Positions 59,272 through 64,000 of a DNA stretch of 64,000 nucleotides are shown here, in pieces. Positions within the stretch are counted from its first letter, which is position 1. The number at the start of each line of letters is the position of its first letter. The DNA is from Azolla caroliniana. Taxonomy: Eukaryota > Plantae > Polypodiophyta. A program made the translations under genes and the position numbers. Under the pieces are notes generated by a model, which was not told where the DNA came from, searched no databases, and saw only the letters and a program-made list of their open reading frames with translations. The stretch spans positions 8,680,001 to 8,744,000 of the forward strand of contig JBHGNT010000003.1 in assembly GCA_043228905.1 (NCBI GenBank). The letters are read 5' to 3'.

Positions 59272-62200
59272 ATGGACGAATCGTTTGGCGGCATGTTCAA
59301 GCTCACCGGCTCCAACTATTCAGTGTGGAAGTCGAAGATGAGGGACATGCTCGTTGTTAAAGACCTCTGGCTGCCGGTTCAGTTCGGGGACAAGAGACCA
59401 AACAAAATCTACGCTGCGATATGGGAGGTGATGCACATGAAGACAACGACGTACATACGGTGCTTCATCGACATGAGCCTATACAACAACTTCAATGAAG
59501 AGAGCAAAGCTCATGAGCTCTGGGAGAAGATCGGCATAATGTTTCAGAACAAAAATGTTGTTAATCAGGTTTCGGTATTCCAGTAGCTAGTAAGACTCCG
59601 GTACCAAGATGGCTCCAGCATGGCGGAGCACATGAATGCCTTCCAGGGGCTGATACACCAGGCAACGTCATTGGAAGTACCTCTTGCCGATGAGGTACTA
59701 GCGCTACTCCTGCTCGGTTCCCTCCCGGATAGCTGGGAGACGTTGGTTGTCACTTTGGGCAACGCCGGGCCGGAAGGAAAACGGTTATCCCTAGCAAGAG
59801 TAAAGTCGAGCTTGTTAGATGAGGAGGCGCGTCGGAAAGACAAAGATACGAGCTCCGACTCCAAAGCGCTTCTTACCGAATCGGAACGTGGAAGACAGAG
59901 TAACCGTAGTCCCCAGAACCGGGAGAATTCGGGGACACGGTCAATGTCAAGAGGGAGGCCTACTTGCTTCTATTGTGGCAAGCTGGGACACTTCCAAAAG
60001 AACTGTCGGCATTTCCGTAAAGACAAAGAAACCGACGGTACCGATTCGAAGCAAACCCCAGACCGGAACGGTAAAGACCAGAGGGGGCCGGACCAGAAGG
60101 GAACGACGGCAATCGCGGCAAGTGAAGAAGAGTTGATGCTCATCACCGAGGAGAGTGAAATAAACCTTGCCGGCGACGAGATGACCTGGGTGGTAGACTC
60201 CGGAGCGTCGTTCCACCTTACCCCGGACCGGAAATGCTTCTCATCCTATTCAGCCGGTGACCATGGCTGTGTCCGGATGGGGAATGAAGGTGTGAAAGTG
60301 TTTTTAGAATCTAAGCCATTGAACATTAGGAGAATATAAAGTATAGATAATTCACCTTTTGAGGATAAGAACACGAACTAAGACCTTAGGGAAGAAGTCA
60401 AAAGTAAAAGTACGAGACCAAGAGAAAAGTAAAAAGAGAAAACGCAGACTATAAAAAACAGTAAAAATAGAATGGTCATAACTCCCTCGTTGTTTATCCA
60501 AATATCACGTTTAAATATGGATTAGAAAGCTTGTAAAAAGAGCTTTCTATAGCTTTTTAAATCGCTTAATTTGGATATCGGATGAGGGAGATATGACGAT
60601 TAGAAGGTCGATATGTCATAGCTAAAAATAGGGAGATAAAAAGCTTCTAAAAATAGCATGAACGTGGATAAGAAGAGGAAGGTTATAAAAGAAGAAGGGA
60701 TATAGGTTAAGAGGAGGCGAAGAGTGAAGACCAAAGAGTGGATGAGGAGTGTTAGGAAGAAGTGTCTTTTTGGAAGAGGAAGTGTTTTAGAAGAGGAAGG
60801 TCTTTGGTTTTAGTTCAATGTGGAGTTTGTCTCCTTTGTATTCTCTTGATGTTGGAATATCAAAACATTCTTATTTCTTGCTCGCTTTCTCTATCTTTTT
60901 TCTTAGTTTCTTGAGTTATACTCTCTAATCATAATTACCTAGAGCTATATAATATATTATGATTTTCAACTCCATCTAATCGGTTTGGTCAAGCCCTCAT
61001 ATAGTGTATAACTATCTATTATCTTATACACCCTATCAGAAGGTACATGCCGAATCATCGGCATAGGAGACGTGTGGCTGTCAACACCAACCGGATGCAA
61101 GTTGCTGCTGAAGGATGTCCGACACGTTTCGGAAGTTCGTTTGAACCTGATATCAGCCGGTCGGCTAGATGATGAAGGCTACACGGGTAGCATCCGAAAC
61201 GGGGTCATGAAGTTCAGCAAAGGGAGCCTGATTGTGGCTCGGGCCCGGAAGGTCAACACGCTGTACCTGATGAATGCCCGGTTATGTCCGGAAGAAGTGA
61301 ACGTGGCATCCGACACTGCCGGTGAGCTGTGGCACAAGAGGCTGTGTCATATGAGCGAGAAGGGGATGAAAAGGCTTGCAGACGACAACCTCATTCCAGT
61401 AAAGAACGTGCACTTAGAGAAGTGCACTGATTGTCTGGCCGGTAAGCAGAACCAGACCTCCTTCCGACCAAGGCCACCGATGAGACGTAATGCACCACTG
61501 GAGCTGGTGCATACGGATGTGTGTCAAGTAGACACGAAGTCACATGCCGGAGCGCAGTACTTCGTGACATTCATTGATGACCACAGCCGGAAGCTGTGGG
61601 CCACACCATTGAAGACGAAGGATCAGGTGTTATCCGTCTTCAAAGAGCTCCACGCGAGAGTGGAAAGAGAAACCGGCCGGAAGCTGAAGGCGGTTCGAGC
61701 AGACAACGGAGGAGAATATCGGGGGCAGTTCGAGGAGTACTGCCGCTCGAAGGGAATCCGGCTCGAATTTACCATGCCGAAGACGCCGGAACTAAACGGA
61801 CTGGCCGAGAAGATGAACCAGACCATAATGGAGAGGGTCCGGAGTATGCTAGCGCATGCAAAACTACCCAAGAAGTTTTGGGCTGAGGCACTGTCGACGA
61901 CGACATATGTGATAAACAGATCATCCTCAGTACCCTTGGATGGAGACACGCCACAGAGAGTATGGACCGGTAAGGAAGTGTCCTACCGGCATCTGAGGGT
62001 GTTCGGGTGTCTCGCGTACGTGCATGTTGCAAAGGACCGGAGAGGAAAGTTAGATCCAAAGACCCGGCCATGCATATTCCTCGGTTACGATGACGATGAG
62101 TTCGGCTACCGAGTGTGGGACCCGGTCGACAAGAAGGTATTCCGGAGTCGAGATATTATCTTCATGGAGGACAAGACGCTCGCCGACTGGGAGTTGGAGA

Positions 62201-64000
62201 AGAAGATAATGAACTCCGAGTCGACCAGTAAGGATAGACTCTACGATGAGCAGACCCAACTGGCAAGAGACCGGTTAGCACTCGAGGAACCAGCCGGTTA
62301 CGGTGAGGATACCGAACCGGCAGAAGAAGAAGTAGAGGAAGCTGAGACCGGAACCGGCCAAGACCCCGAATCGGATTCGGAAGAAGAGCAAATGGAGGAG
62401 CTGGTTACCGAAGCCCGAAGACGTAGATATCCTCTCAGAGAGAGAAGGGCGCCCCGGAGATTTCCGGATGCAGAGCATGTTCTGCTGACCGATGAGGGGG
62501 AGCTGGAAAGCTTCGAAGAAGCGAAGGAAGACACCCACAGCCGAAAATGGTTAAGTGCCATGAAGGATGAGATGGATTCCCTGCATGAGAACCATACGTA
62601 CGAATTGGTGGAGCTGCCGAAAGGAAAGCGGGCACTCCGAAACAAGTGGGTGTACAAGTTGAAACTGGGAGATGCCGGCAACCCCCCGAGATACAAAGCC
62701 AGGATCGTGGTGAAGGGGTTCCAGCAGAAGTAGGGCGTGGACTTCGACGAAAAGATGACCTCCATCTGGACGGTGCTGAGTATAGCAGCAAGCATGGACC
62801 TCGAGGTAGAGCAGCTGGACGTGAAGACGGCATTCCTTCACGGCGACCTCGAAGAGGAGATCTACATGCAGCAACCGGAAGGATTTGTGGAGAAAGGGAA
62901 GGAGCACTTGGTATGCCGGTTGAAGAAGAGCCTATACAGACTAAAGCAGGCTCCCCGGCAATGGTATCGGAAGTTCGACACCTTCATGACCGATCAAGGG
63001 TACCACAAGACGTAGGCCGATCACTGCGTGTTTGTGAAGAAGTTCGAAGGAGGGGACTTCTTGATACTCCTCCTGTACGTGGATGACATGTTGATCGTCG
63101 GACGTGACCAAGTAAAAATATGGATGCTGAAGAAGGCTCTCAACCGGACCTTCTCAATGAAAGACTTGGGTCCGGCAAGACAGATGTTGGGGATGCACAT
63201 CATCCGTAACCGGAAAGCGAAGCAATTATGGCTGTCACAGGAGAAGTACGTGACAAAGGTGCTTCACCGGTTCAACATGTCAGATGCAAAACCGGTCGGA
63301 TCGACACTTCTGGCAAACTGCAAGCTATCCGGTAAGCAAAGCCCGAAGACGAAAGCAGAGAAGGCGGATATGATGAAGATCCCATATGCCTCTGCTGTCG
63401 GGAGCTTGATGTACGCAATGGTTTGTACGCGACCGGACATAGGATACGCAGTCGGAGTAGTGAGCCGGTTTATGAGCAATCCCGACAAGGAGCACTGGAA
63501 CACGGTCAAATGGATACTCCGGTATTTGAAGGGCACTTCAAATATGTGTCTCCGATTCGGCTCCGGAAAACCTGAACTGGACGGTTTCACCGATTCGGAC
63601 ATGTCGGCTGATGTGGATACCAGCCGGTCTACATCCAGATATGTGATGACATATGCAGGGGGAGCTGTTTCGTGGCAGTCAAGGCTGCAGAAGACGGTTG
63701 CATTGTCAACCACAGAGGCGGAGTACATGGCGGCTGTGGAAGCCGGCAAGGAAATATTATGGATGAAGGACTTCATCGGAGAGCTCGGTATCCGGCAAGA
63801 GGAATACCGACTATACTGCGACAGTCAAAGTGCCATCCACCTTGCTAAGAATGTGGCCTACCATTCTCGGACGAAGCATATCCAGCGGAGGTATCACTGG
63901 ATCCGGGAAAGAGTAGATGACCAGGAGTTTGCACTGACGAAGATCCACACGGCCGAGAACGGGTCAGATATGCTGACCAAAGTGCTGACACCCGACAAGC
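59272..64000 (+). pseudogene. copia gag-pol polyprotein (stops at 59584, 62731, 63013; solo-LTR insertion)
   Basis: ORFs 59065..59586, 59620..60339, 61072..62733 and 62737..63015 are collinear pieces of one polyprotein. Confidence 0.9.
60291..61038. mobile_element. Solo LTR (748 bp) in the copia protease region
   Basis: TG..CA ends; perfect TSD GAAGG at 60286-60290 and 61039-61043. Removing it restores MGNEG-TCRIIGIGDVW. Confidence 0.93.

Larger units (their letters stand above)
58611..64000 (+). mobile_element. Ty1/copia element (Tnt1/Tork-like) inserted into the chromovirus RT; 5' LTR 58611-59241, runs off the window
   Basis: LTR TGTTGG..CGTCA; PBS TGGTATCAGAGC at 59244-59255. Gag from ATG 59272, knuckle CFYCGKLGHFQKNC, protease VVDSGASFH, integrase ADNGGEY, RT QLDVKTAFLHG/LLYVDDM, RNase H near the end. 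Premature TAG stops. Confidence 0.95.

Overview
Plant nuclear DNA, probably a fern or other seed-free land plant (inferred from the PLS-PPR style and a Tcn1-like chromovirus). Most of the window is nested, decayed retroelements. Three apparently intact host genes are present: an ARID-HMG-box gene (+, 6 coding exons, 18515-22106, ~777 aa with a long disordered C-tail), an intronless PLS-E class PPR gene (-, 24138-26432) and a secreted pectate lyase (+, 4 exons, 51550-53940). From 1 to 12954 lie four same-orientation 3' ends of one Ty1/copia lineage, apparently nested, plus a complete reverse-orientation copia (597-5364). A complete non-chromovirus Ty3/gypsy (34146-43150, TATAG target duplication) sits inside an older chromovirus. 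It carries a ~2.8 kb extra coiled-coil ORF and has a tRNA-3'-end-like sequence where the polypurine tract should be. The right end is a nest of LINE, Tcn1-like chromovirus, copia and solo LTR. There are also four 5'-truncated LINEs, a 31-bp minisatellite, a 389-bp tandem duplication and telomere-like repeats on both sides of the ARID-HMG gene. All coordinates were read by eye; no database searches were run.
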